From Candidatus Falkowbacteria bacterium (GTDB taxonomy: Bacteria > Patescibacteriota > Patescibacteriia > CAIXNZ01), in NCBI GenBank assembly GCA_963774955.1, contig CAVZGV010000003.1:64771-128770 (forward strand): DNA of 64,000 nt, given 5' to 3'. Positions 39,618 through 49,421 of the stretch are shown here, in pieces. Position 1 is the stretch's first letter. The number at the start of each line of letters is the position of its first letter. The position numbers and the translations under genes are program-made. The notes under the pieces are model-generated. The model saw nothing but the letters and a program-made list of their open reading frames with translations. It was not told the DNA's origin and did no database searches.

Positions 39618-39650
39618 GGCGAGGAGAAATCTTCGCCCTTTTTTAAATGG
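39618..39650 (+). terminator. intrinsic terminator gggcgaggagaaatcttcgccc+TTTTTT (near-identical copy at 40356-40390)
   Basis: read directly. Confidence 0.7.
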
Positions 39651-39741
39651 GTTGTTACTTGACATTTAAATAATATTGTGTTAAATTAAGGAGTTAAGGT
39701 TCGTTCTTTTTAATCAGGAAACAAAAGGAGGATGGGAAGAA

Positions 39742-40344
39742 ATGTACAGATATTCGGAAAAGAAAAATTCAAATTGGTTGCTGGTGTTGGCCATTTTTAT
39801 GGCGTTGCCGCTTGTTGTCCTTACTGCCGCCCGTTTTTACCAGCAGTACATGTTCAAAATTGAATGCACTGGCCATCTGAAGCGGGCGGCTGACGCCAAT
39901 GTCATCCGTCTGGCGAGTCAGGAAATGGACACAGCAATCCGCTATCTGGAAAAGAATGAGATGACCAGCGGTTATACTTCAGTGATAATTCAGACACCGG
40001 ATGAGGATGTGGGCTTCTGGTATCAGAATCTCAAGGCATCTGCGGAAGAGCTGGTTAATATTTCTTCGGAGGCAACGCAGCTGGAAAGCAGCAATGTGTT
40101 GATGAAATTGAGGGAAACTTTGTTGGATGAAGGACAAATCACTAAGGTTACTGTTCCCAGTGGCGTGGCTATATTTCCACATAATAAGGCCTATGCCCTT
40201 TTTACAGCCTTGGCAGCTCTGATGTTTGTTGGTGCCGCCATCCTGTATTTGCATAATTCCAAACAAAGTTTTACTTTGATTGAATTGATGATAGTGATCT
40301 CAATCGTCGGGATACTTATCACCTTGGCTTACCAGTATGCCTAG
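39742..40344 (+). CDS. hypothetical membrane protein whose last 25 aa reproduce a prepilin-type N-terminal motif (FTLIELMIVISIVGIL) without the cleavage-site Gly
   Basis: N-terminal TM, soluble domain, second TM, then pilin-like hydrophobic segment ending at the stop. Confidence 0.45.
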   Translation: MYRYSEKKNSNWLLVLAIFMALPLVVLTAARFYQQYMFKIECTGHLKRAADANVIRLASQEMDTAIRYLEKNEMTSGYTSVIIQTPDEDVGFWYQNLKASAEELVNISSEATQLESSNVLMKLRETLLDEGQITKVTVPSGVAIFPHNKAYALFTALAALMFVGAAILYLHNSKQSFTLIELMIVISIVGILITLAYQYA

Positions 40345-40355
40345 ATAAATAATAG

Positions 40356-40390
40356 GGGCGAGGAGAAATCCTCGCCCTTTTTTAATTTAT
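40356..40390 (+). terminator. intrinsic terminator ggggcgaggagaaatcctcgccc+TTTTTT
   Basis: duplicate of 39618-39650. Confidence 0.7.
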
Positions 40391-40496
40391 TACAAATTTC
40401 AGGATAGCGAATATACAAATCGAGTACAAATATACAAATAACCTAATTCATTAATAAACTAATAGATATTGACAATAAGTATTTATTTCGCTACAT

Positions 40497-40796
40497 TTGA
40501 TTTATGTTTCTAAGCCAAAGGAGGGACTGGAAATGATAGGTTTTGCCATAATGCTTTCGATTTTGGGTGCGTGTGTCGTGACCGGCATTTTGTTGAGAAA
40601 GTTCAAGTTCAAACGCGACTGTGAGAATGAGATGATTGCCGGAGTTTGCGCCGGTTTAGCCAAAACCTGTGGCATTCAGCCTTTGTGGATGCGTCTGGGC
40701 TTTGTTCTTTCAACCGTATGTGTCGGTTATGGCCTGGGTCTCTATATTATATTGTGGATCGTCTTACCCGAGGATTTACCAGAGGAAGGGGTGTAA
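40497..40796 (+). CDS. PspC-domain membrane protein
   Basis: MIAGVCAGLAKTCGIQPLWMRLGFVL...LYIILWIVLPE. Confidence 0.75.
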   Translation: MIYVSKPKEGLEMIGFAIMLSILGACVVTGILLRKFKFKRDCENEMIAGVCAGLAKTCGIQPLWMRLGFVLSTVCVGYGLGLYIILWIVLPEDLPEEGV

Positions 40797-40845
40797 AGAC
40801 GTGGAAATTTATTGCTCGATCGGGGTCTTTTCTATCAGCCTGAGC

Positions 40846-41073
40846 ATGTTCATTTTGATTATCCGGATTTCCAAAATCGGTCTGAGCCAACAAGGTAAAA
40901 AAATAGCCGGTGTTTGCGCCGGTTTATCTGAAGCTTCAGATATGCCGGTTTGGTGGATCCGCATTTTCTTTATGATTTTCTTCTTTTTTGTCGGGTATGG
41001 TTTTTTTCTCTATCTGGCGCTCTGGCTTTGCATGGTCAAAGTGAAGAAAAATACTCAGACGGAGACAAAATAG
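40846..41073 (+). CDS. PspC-domain membrane protein (second copy; start at M60 of the ORF-track entry)
   Basis: KKIAGVCAGLSEASDMPVWWIRIFFMIFF..LYLALW; bidirectional terminator 41087-41112. Confidence 0.65.
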   Translation: MFILIIRISKIGLSQQGKKIAGVCAGLSEASDMPVWWIRIFFMIFFFFVGYGFFLYLALWLCMVKVKKNTQTETK

Positions 41074-41160
41074 CAAAATAGTCTTTAAAAACGGCCGCTT
41101 GGCCGTTTTTTCCTTTTAGAATTTTTTTATTTTTTGAAATATTTATCCAGCCTATTAAAG

Positions 41161-41859
41161 CTATCTGAGATAACAAATTAAATTGGCATCAGCATAGATA
41201 CAGCTTTTAAATTGCCATAAGACATCAAGGCAAAAGACCACATCCTGGGCTCTGGGTAAATTTGAGTATTTTATTTTTTTAAAGACACTTTTGGCCACAG
41301 TGGCATGACCATGAGCCGGCAAGAGAACATAGGGCTTCTTTTGAGTAGGTTTGCGGTCGGTATAAATATAAATGGCCTGTTGACGTTTCGGTGGCCGGCC
41401 AAAGGTTAAGTTATAAATTTGTTTAGAAAACACCAGCCTTAATTTTTTAGGATTATATTTCTGCCAAGGGCAGACACCTGAAGAATATTGATGTAAAAAA
41501 AGTTTGGGCTGATATTTATCAAATATATATTTGGTAATTTCCAGCTTTTGCGGGTGACAGAGGTCATCTGCATCAAAAAAAACTAAAATGTCATAACGCG
41601 CAATTCTGGCGCCGCGATTCCGGTTTTGGCCTGCATATTGTTTTTTTAATGTGGTGGCAAAGGTAATAGGAAATTTACAGCTGGCCTGAAATTTACGGGT
41701 AAGTTTTAGGCCTTCTTTTTTGTCTGTTTCACTTAGAGCCACAATTACTTCATTTGGTAAAAGCGTAGATTGATTAAGGCTGGACAAGGCTTGAGGTAAA
41801 TCTTTAAGGTCAGGCGGATGGCAGGGGATAATAACCGAGATTTTGTTGTTTTTATTCAT
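41161..41859 (-). CDS. family 2 glycosyltransferase
   Basis: ISVIIPCHP...FDADD DxD motif. Confidence 0.75.
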   Translation of the reverse strand: MNKNNKISVIIPCHPPDLKDLPQALSSLNQSTLLPNEVIVALSETDKKEGLKLTRKFQASCKFPITFATTLKKQYAGQNRNRGARIARYDILVFFDADDLCHPQKLEITKYIFDKYQPKLFLHQYSSGVCPWQKYNPKKLRLVFSKQIYNLTFGRPPKRQQAIYIYTDRKPTQKKPYVLLPAHGHATVAKSVFKKIKYSNLPRAQDVVFCLDVLWQFKSCIYADANLICYLR

Positions 41860-42136
41860 GTTGTTAGATTTTGGGGTAGTTACTGCTTAATTTTATCAAA
41901 ATACCTTAATTTTCGCAAAAATTAGAAGTTTTTCTTGATTTTTTTTGTTAAAAATGATATCTTTTTATTGTAAATTAGCCTTAATTTATGAATGGAAAAT
42001 CAGGAGTTTCATTACATATTAACGGCCGGGTGCAGGGCGTTTTTTTCCGTTTAAAAAGGCCACAAATATACAAATTTTTACAAATGATTACAAATTTGTA
42101 GTAATTTGTATTTGATTCGTATATTTGTAACAATCT

Positions 42137-43642
42137 ATGCATTTAGACAAGCTTTCACCGGAAGAACGTAAAAAATATCGCAAACGAGAATATATTCCGG
42201 GCCTGATGATCTGGTCGACTTTTGTATTTTCTGTTGTCTTATCATTTATAAAACCAATGTGGGTGATTTATTTTATAATTCTCTTCTCCTTATATTGGGT
42301 CTTGCGAATTTTTTATTTTATTTTTTACTCTATCTATTCGGCCTATATTTTTAATAAGGCGATCAAGATTGATTGGAAGGCAAAAAGAGAAAGCCTGTCA
42401 AATTGGCATGATTATTATCATTTATTTATTTTACCGACTGCAACCGAGCCTTATGAAGTTTTGGAAACAACTTTAAACGGTATTTTGGCCTGCAAATATC
42501 CGACTGAAAAAATAATCGTGGCGATTAGCTGGGAGGAAAGAAAAAAAGATGTTTATGACGCGGTTGAGCCCAGGATTAAACAGAATTTTGAAGGAAAATT
42601 TTATAAAATGTTAACGACGTTACATCCTGACGGCTTGGAGGGTGAAATGAAAGCCAAAGGAGCCAATGCCAATTGGGTGGGCTGGAAGTGCAAGGAATTA
42701 ATTGACCAATTGGCTGTTCCTTATGAAAAGGTTATTGTTTCATATTTTGATTGTGATACCTTTGCTCATGAAAAATATTTGGATTACCTGACTTATTTAT
42801 ATGCAACTCATCCCAATCCGACCCGTTCATCTTTTCAGCCTGCTGTTTTATATAATAATAATATTTGGGACGCGCCGGCGCCAATGCGCATCACCGCATT
42901 TTCAACGGTGTTTTGGCTTTTGGCGGAATTAATGCGTCCTGACCGTTTATATACTTTTTCTTCCCATGCCATGAGTTTTAAAGCTTTGGTTGATGTGGGT
43001 TTTTGGGAAAAAGATATTGTCACGGATGATTCGCGCATTTTTTTGCAGTGTTTTATCCATTATAACGGGGATTATGAAGTGACGCCGATGTATATTCCCG
43101 TTTCTATGGATACTGTTATTTCCGAAACATCGATCTGGAACGGGTTTGTCAGTTTGTATAAGCAGCAGCGTCGTTGGGGCTGGGGCGTGGAACATCTGCC
43201 GTACATGCTTTATCATTTCAAAAAGAAGAAAGATTTAATTCCTTTCAAAACCAGAGTTAAGTATATTTGGAATTTAACCGAAGGTATGTATTCTTGGGCA
43301 ACCGCGCCGTTGATTCTTTTTATTCTGGGTCGTTTGCCCCTATATGTAGCAGGCCCCGCAGTTAAAGAAACAGTCTTAGCGCAGAATGCTCCTTTTGTGC
43401 TGGAATGGATTATGAGCATCGGTATGGTTGGTATTTTTGTTTCAGCTATTTTAAGTGTGCGTCTTTTGCCGCCGCGACCGTCTCAATATCCAAAGTATAA
43501 ATGGTTAATTATGTTTGCCCAGTGGGCACTTTTGCCCATCAATATTATTATTTTCGGGGCTATCCCCGCAGCTGAAGCTCAGACTCGTCTGATGTTGGGA
43601 AAATATTTAGGATTTTTTGTCACGCCGAAAGCCCGCAAATAA
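42137..43642 (+). CDS. processive family-2 beta-glycosyltransferase (cellulose/chitin/hyaluronan-synthase-like) integral membrane protein
   Basis: DCD (DxD), TDDSRIF (TED) and QQRRWGWG (QxxRW) motifs, N- and C-terminal TM bundles. Confidence 0.7.
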   Translation: MHLDKLSPEERKKYRKREYIPGLMIWSTFVFSVVLSFIKPMWVIYFIILFSLYWVLRIFYFIFYSIYSAYIFNKAIKIDWKAKRESLSNWHDYYHLFILPTATEPYEVLETTLNGILACKYPTEKIIVAISWEERKKDVYDAVEPRIKQNFEGKFYKMLTTLHPDGLEGEMKAKGANANWVGWKCKELIDQLAVPYEKVIVSYFDCDTFAHEKYLDYLTYLYATHPNPTRSSFQPAVLYNNNIWDAPAPMRITAFSTVFWLLAELMRPDRLYTFSSHAMSFKALVDVGFWEKDIVTDDSRIFLQCFIHYNGDYEVTPMYIPVSMDTVISETSIWNGFVSLYKQQRRWGWGVEHLPYMLYHFKKKKDLIPFKTRVKYIWNLTEGMYSWATAPLILFILGRLPLYVAGPAVKETVLAQNAPFVLEWIMSIGMVGIFVSAILSVRLLPPRPSQYPKYKWLIMFAQWALLPINIIIFGAIPAAEAQTRLMLGKYLGFFVTPKARK

Positions 43643-43757
43643 ACTAAGATTTAAAAACTAAAATGTAAGAGCTTTAACTAAAAAATTTATAACTGATTAG
43701 TTTTTAGTTCTAAGATCGAGTTCTTAGTTCTAACATCTAAGTTTTGAGTTATGTATT

Positions 43758-44840
43758 ATGCCTAAAGTCGCTATCAATTTGGTCACCTGGAACGGAGAAA
43801 AACAGATTGAATACTGTCTGAATTCTATCCTGGAACAAAAATTTCAGGACTTTTTGCTGTTGATTATTGATAATGGCTCTGTTGACAAGACTGTCGATAT
43901 AATTGAAACTGAGTATTTGCCCGCCTTTAAGGATAAAATAAAATTTGTTAAAAATAAAAGTAATCTGGGCTTTGCCTTTGCGCATAATCAGGCGATCTTA
44001 TGGACTGATTCGGATTATGTTTTAGTCCTCAATCAGGACGTAATTTTAGAGCCGGATTTTTTGGCTAAAGCAACAGAATTCATGGATGGTCATCATGACG
44101 TCGGCTCAATCAGCGGTAAGATATTACGTTGGGAATATCGGCAAATGGAAGACTTGAAAAAATGCGAAAAAACTGATATTATTGACTCACTGGGACTTAA
44201 AATTTTTAAAAGCCAGAGAGTGGTTGATCGTGGTTCCGGGGAAAAGGATTCGGCGCCTACCTCCGCTTTAACTGAGGCAAAAGCTTCGATGGACAAGTCG
44301 GCCGGCAGGCAATATGAAAATATTACGGAAATTTTTGGTGTTTCAGCAACTTGCCCGATTTACCGTCGTCAGGCCTTGCAGGATATCCGCTACGAAGATG
44401 AATTTTTCGATATAGATTTTTTTAGCTATAAAGAGGATGTTGATCTGGCTTATCGCCTTGCTTGGCGCGGTTGGAAAAGTTATTTTTTACCGGAGGTTAT
44501 TGCTTATCATGAAAGAGCCGCTAAGGGGCAGGAAAAAATTTCTCATTTGGCTTTAATTCGTCATCGTAAAGATAAATCAAAATTTGTTAATTATCACTCT
44601 TATAAAAACCATCGTTTCATTTTATTAAAGAATTTGAGTGGCCGCAACTTTTGGCGCTATTTTTTCCCGATTTGCTGGTTCGAATTTAAAAAATTTATTT
44701 ATTTGTTATTTGTAGAATTTTCTACCTTGAAAGCTATCGGTGAATTTAGGGCTAAGCGTAAGAAAATGAAAATTAAACGCCGTTTTATAATGTCGCGTCG
44801 GTTGATTAAAGACGATGAGATGAGAAAATGGTATTCGTGA
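43758..44840 (+). CDS. family 2 glycosyltransferase
   Basis: INLVTWNGEKQIEYCLNSI...LLIIDNGSVD GT2 N-terminal fold. Confidence 0.75.
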   Translation: MPKVAINLVTWNGEKQIEYCLNSILEQKFQDFLLLIIDNGSVDKTVDIIETEYLPAFKDKIKFVKNKSNLGFAFAHNQAILWTDSDYVLVLNQDVILEPDFLAKATEFMDGHHDVGSISGKILRWEYRQMEDLKKCEKTDIIDSLGLKIFKSQRVVDRGSGEKDSAPTSALTEAKASMDKSAGRQYENITEIFGVSATCPIYRRQALQDIRYEDEFFDIDFFSYKEDVDLAYRLAWRGWKSYFLPEVIAYHERAAKGQEKISHLALIRHRKDKSKFVNYHSYKNHRFILLKNLSGRNFWRYFFPICWFEFKKFIYLLFVEFSTLKAIGEFRAKRKKMKIKRRFIMSRRLIKDDEMRKWYS

Positions 44841-44941
44841 TAATAACCAATAATCAATAATCAAATTCCAAATAAATTCAAAATTACAATAATAAAAGCT
44901 AAAATTAGTTTGGAATTTTACATTTAGATATTTGTTATTGT

Positions 44942-45808
44942 TTGGTTGTTGGATCTTGGTTATTGTTTATTTCTAACATTATGGATTTATCAATTATAAT
45001 TTTAAATTACAAAACTCGGGGGCTGGTTAAGTATTGCCTGAAAAATGCCATTAATACGGTTAAGAATTTAAATTACGAAATTATTGTTGTTGATAACGGC
45101 TCTAATGACGGGATTGAGAAGATGCTGGCTGATGATTTTTCGCAGGTCAGATTTTTTCAAACCGGAAAAAATAAGGGCTTTGCCACCGGCTATAATGTCG
45201 GTATCAGACAAGCACAAGGTAAATATATTCTTATTTTAACGGCTGATGTCACGGTTTTAGACGGCTCAATTGAAAAAATGGTGGAGTTTATGGAAAAAAA
45301 TCCGACGACTGGTTTGGCCGGTCCGAAAATTATTAATCCGGATGGGAGTTATCAGATTACCTGCCGCACTTTTCAGACACCTGAAATTATTTTATATCGA
45401 CGGACACCCTTGGGTTATTTTTCATTTGCCAAAAAAGAATTAGACAAACATTTATTGTCAAATTTTGACCGTCAGACAAGCAGGGAAGTTGACTGGGTTA
45501 TGGGCGCCTGTATGATTGTCAGGAAATCAGCTTTAGACCAGGTCGGGTTATTTGATGAAAGATTCTTTTTCTATGTCGAGGACATGGATTGGTGTCGTCG
45601 CTTTTGGGCCAGCGGTTATAAAGTCAATTATATAGCTGATGCGGTCGTGATCCATTTATACGAAAAAGCCTCTGATCACGGCATCTGGAATTTTTGGAAA
45701 TTGGACAAAATGGCGCGCTGGCATATGGTTTCCGGCATTAAATATTTTCTTAAATATTTAGGACAAAAAAATCATGGAACAGTATCAAACCCCGCCACAA
45801 CCAAATAA
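44942..45808 (+). CDS. family 2 glycosyltransferase
   Basis: LSIIILNYKTRGLVKYCL...EIIVVDNGSNDG. Confidence 0.75.
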   Translation: MVVGSWLLFISNIMDLSIIILNYKTRGLVKYCLKNAINTVKNLNYEIIVVDNGSNDGIEKMLADDFSQVRFFQTGKNKGFATGYNVGIRQAQGKYILILTADVTVLDGSIEKMVEFMEKNPTTGLAGPKIINPDGSYQITCRTFQTPEIILYRRTPLGYFSFAKKELDKHLLSNFDRQTSREVDWVMGACMIVRKSALDQVGLFDERFFFYVEDMDWCRRFWASGYKVNYIADAVVIHLYEKASDHGIWNFWKLDKMARWHMVSGIKYFLKYLGQKNHGTVSNPATTK

Positions 45809-47626
45809 TATCAACCTGCCTTCACCCGACTATACTCAAATCAGAGAAAAACCGAGAAAATCTTTAGCTAAGATTATTATCTGGGGTGCTGTTAAAATTT
45901 TAGCCTTAATTTTGGTATTGATTTTGATTTTTGGGGGAGCGATCGGTTTGATTTATTACGATAATATTAAACAAGCCTATAGTTTGTCCTTTTCGGCTAA
46001 GGCTGATTTGGAAAATACGGCTCATCAGATAATTAACCGTGATTTTAAAACTGCGGTTGAATCAATCAAGAGCGCTAACTCTAAATTTTTACAGGCTCAG
46101 AATTATCTCAATCAGGTGGTAATTGTGCGCCAGATTCCCTATATTGGCCTGCAGATTACGGGCGGTTGATAATGTTTTGGTCGCAGCTATAAAATTAACA
46201 GACAGCGGTCAGCAGGTTGTGTTATTGATTGACGATATAACAGCGCCTTTGAAAAATGAATCTATTTCCTATGCCAGTTTGAGTCCTGAACAAAAAAGGC
46301 AGATTTTGGAAAAAGTAGTCGCTTCTGAAAGCATGTTGCTGGAAGTTCAGATCCAAATTGATGAAGCTGACCTGGCGATTTCTACCATACCTTCAGAGAA
46401 ATTAGTTAAACCGCTGAGAGACGGAATTGCCCCGATTCAGCAATATTTGCCTAGAATGAAATTGCTTATTGATAATGCGTTGCCATTATTGAGATTAGTT
46501 CCCAAAATTGCCGCCTTTGATGAACCAAAATCATATTTATTCTTGTTGCAAAATAATTCAGAATTACGGCCTACAGGAGGTTTTATCGGGACTTATGGAA
46601 TATTAAAATTGCAGGATGGCGATATTAAAGAATTTGCCACAGATAATATCTATAATCTGGACCGTTCGACTCAAAAAATTGTGGCCGAACCTTCACCCTG
46701 GCCGATTGTTAAATATTTGGAACAGAAAGATTGGTCTTTACGCGATATTAATTGGGCGCCTGATTTCCCAACCACAGCGCAAAAGGCCTTAGATATGTAT
46801 GACAAGGAAAATAAGGTCTGGCTGGATTTGAAAAAATCAGGTCAGAAAATCTTGGGTGAAAAAGGCATAGAAATTACCGATGTTTTGCCCTACCAGGAAA
46901 ATTTATCAGGTGTCATTGCGGTTACGCCGGAGATTTTGGGTGAACTTTTGGGATTAACTGGTCCGATCGTTACTGATAATATGCTGTTTACCGCTGAGAA
47001 TTATCAGGATCAGCTGGAATTAATGGTGGGTAAAATGTATCAGGAATTAAATATTCCAGTTAACCAAAGAAAAGAAATTATCAGAAAATTGGCTGATCAG
47101 ATTAAATTTAAATTAACGACATTGCCTTTGAGCCAGTTGCCAGCCTTAATTGATATGGGTTTTAAAGCGATGGATCAGAAACAAGTTCAAATTTATGTCC
47201 AAGACGTTGATTTGGAAAAATTAATATTGGAGCGCGGTTGGGGTGGAGAAATCAAAGAAACTGACGCTGATTATCTGATGGTCGTAGATAGCAATCTGGC
47301 CAGTTTAAAAACAGATCAGTATGTCAAGAGAACTATTAATTATTCAGTTTATTGGACAAGGCGATGATTTAATTGGCAAGACTGAAATTACTTATCAAAA
47401 TAATGCTGATTTTACCTGGAAGTCAACCCGCTTAAGAACTTATACTCGGGTTTATGTACCTTTGGGAAGTGAATTAATCAGTTCAGCCGGCGCCATGGAA
47501 AATGATAAAATTAAAGATCCTCAATTACAGGCCGGTCAGGTAGAGGCAGCCACTGAATTTGGTAAAACTTTTTTTGGCGCTTTTATTTCCATTGAACCGC
47601 ATGAAACGAGGTGTTTTAAGCTTTGA
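45774..47626 (+). CDS. hypothetical N-terminally TM-anchored about 620-aa protein (possibly DUF4012-like), interrupted by two frameshifts (about 46160, about 47340)
   Basis: three consecutive overlapping ORFs in frames 0,1,2 joining as ...GLQITGG|VDNVLVAA... and ...YSVYWT|... Confidence 0.5.
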
Positions 47627-47928
47627 ATATAAATTGCCTGCAGCGTATCAAGGATTCAATTAGAATTTATAACTGCATATAATTTAAGTTGTACAGAAGC
47701 AAGCCGGCGTGTTGCCTGATTTGACTTTGGATCTAAAGTTTGGTAAAAATATTAAATCAGCGACTCCGGCTGAACCGGAAAATGAGTGGTTTAATAACTC
47801 GTATAATAATGCAATGTCTCTGGATAAGGACAAAAATATAGTGGTCGGTTTTAAGTAAGCTTTTAATAAATTTTCAATAATAAAATTTTCAAACATTGAA
47901 AATTGAATATTGAGAATTAAATTTCGAT

Positions 47929-48936
47929 ATGTTAAGAAAAAAGATCGGTATTGATTTGGGTACAACTAATATATTAGTCTATTTACCTAAAAAGGGGGTG
48001 GTTATAAACGAACCATCCGTGGTTGCGATTTCCACGACTGATAAAAAAATTCTGGCTGTCGGCATTGAAGCTAAGGAAATGTTGGGTAAAACGCCTGATA
48101 CCATTATTGCTAAGCGTCCCTTAAAGGATGGCGTGATTGCCGATTATCACACCACAGAAGCCATGCTTAGATATTTTATCAATAAAGCCTTAGGCGGTTT
48201 GCGAATTTTGCGTCCTGAAGTCATGGTCGCTGTTCCGGCGGGTATTACATCTACTGAAAGACGCGCCGTGGTTGATGCGACTATGGCTGCCGGAGCCAAA
48301 GCCGCATATATTATCAAAGAACCGATTGTAGCTGCGATTGGCGCCGGTATTCCGATTGGCAGCCCTTCAGGCAATATGATTATTGATAGTGGCGGTGGTA
48401 CCACTGAAGTGGCGGTTATCTCTTTAGGCGGTATTGTGGCCAGCGCTTCAGTCAGAATCGGCGGTAACAAATTGGATCAGGCGATTTTGGAATACACCAG
48501 GAGAAATTACAATTTAGCTATTGGGGAAAGAACCGCTGAGGATATTAAAATTAATATTGGTTCAGCCTTGCCTATGAAAGAGCCTTTAACCATGGAAGTC
48601 AGAGGCCGCGATATGATCACGGGTTTACCGCGTACAATTACCATGACCACCAATGACGTAGTGGAAGCGGTCAAATCTGCGCTGGAGGGCATGATTGAAG
48701 CGATTAAAGAAGTTTTACATAATACGCCCCCGGAATTATCCGCTGACGTGATTGACAAAGGCATTATCATGAGCGGCGGTACTTCGCTTTTGCGCAACAT
48801 TGACCAGTTGATTTCTAAAGCTACCGGCGTGCCGGCTTACGTTGCTGATGACGCCTTGTATTGCGTAGCCAAGGGTACCGGCATTGCCCTGGAGAATTTG
48901 GAAGCCTATAAGAGGTCAATTTTAAGTTCAAATTAA
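47929..48936 (+). CDS. mreB: rod shape-determining protein MreB
   Basis: IGIDLGTTNILVY, DSGGGTTEVAVISLGGIV actin-fold motifs. Confidence 0.9.
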   Translation: MLRKKIGIDLGTTNILVYLPKKGVVINEPSVVAISTTDKKILAVGIEAKEMLGKTPDTIIAKRPLKDGVIADYHTTEAMLRYFINKALGGLRILRPEVMVAVPAGITSTERRAVVDATMAAGAKAAYIIKEPIVAAIGAGIPIGSPSGNMIIDSGGGTTEVAVISLGGIVASASVRIGGNKLDQAILEYTRRNYNLAIGERTAEDIKINIGSALPMKEPLTMEVRGRDMITGLPRTITMTTNDVVEAVKSALEGMIEAIKEVLHNTPPELSADVIDKGIIMSGGTSLLRNIDQLISKATGVPAYVADDALYCVAKGTGIALENLEAYKRSILSSN

Positions 48937-49026
48937 ACTTAGATATATAATTATTTATTGAGTTATTGGCAATTTTGACGGATAAATAATTAGATAGTAT
49001 ACTATTGGTATAAGAGATTAAATTTT

Positions 49027-49293
49027 ATGGCCATGGATCAGGAAAAACAATTGCAGGAAATTTTAGAAATCGTCGGATTTATCAAGGATAATGCTGCTAT
49101 GAAGGAAAATTTGGATCGTTTTGCTACCAAGGAACAACTAGATGAAACTAAGAATGAATTAATGAACCACATTGATATTTTTATTGGTTTGCATCAGAAA
49201 TTGGATATAGAACTAACAGCCCTGCGTTCCAAGTACGATCGTTTAGAAACCTCAATGAAAAAGGTCTTAGATCATTTGCATCTACAGGCATAA
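49027..49293 (+). CDS. hypothetical coiled-coil protein
   Basis: ORF track only. Confidence 0.4.
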   Translation: MAMDQEKQLQEILEIVGFIKDNAAMKENLDRFATKEQLDETKNELMNHIDIFIGLHQKLDIELTALRSKYDRLETSMKKVLDHLHLQA

Positions 49294-49421
49294 TTTCTGA
49301 TTTGCTCTAAAATGTTGATATTGTAGCAAAAACGTCACGCGTCGCGTGGTGTTTTTTATTTTATTGAAAATGTGGCCAAATATGCCTTTACTTAGCAATA
49401 TCTTTAGGCTATAATTAGGCT

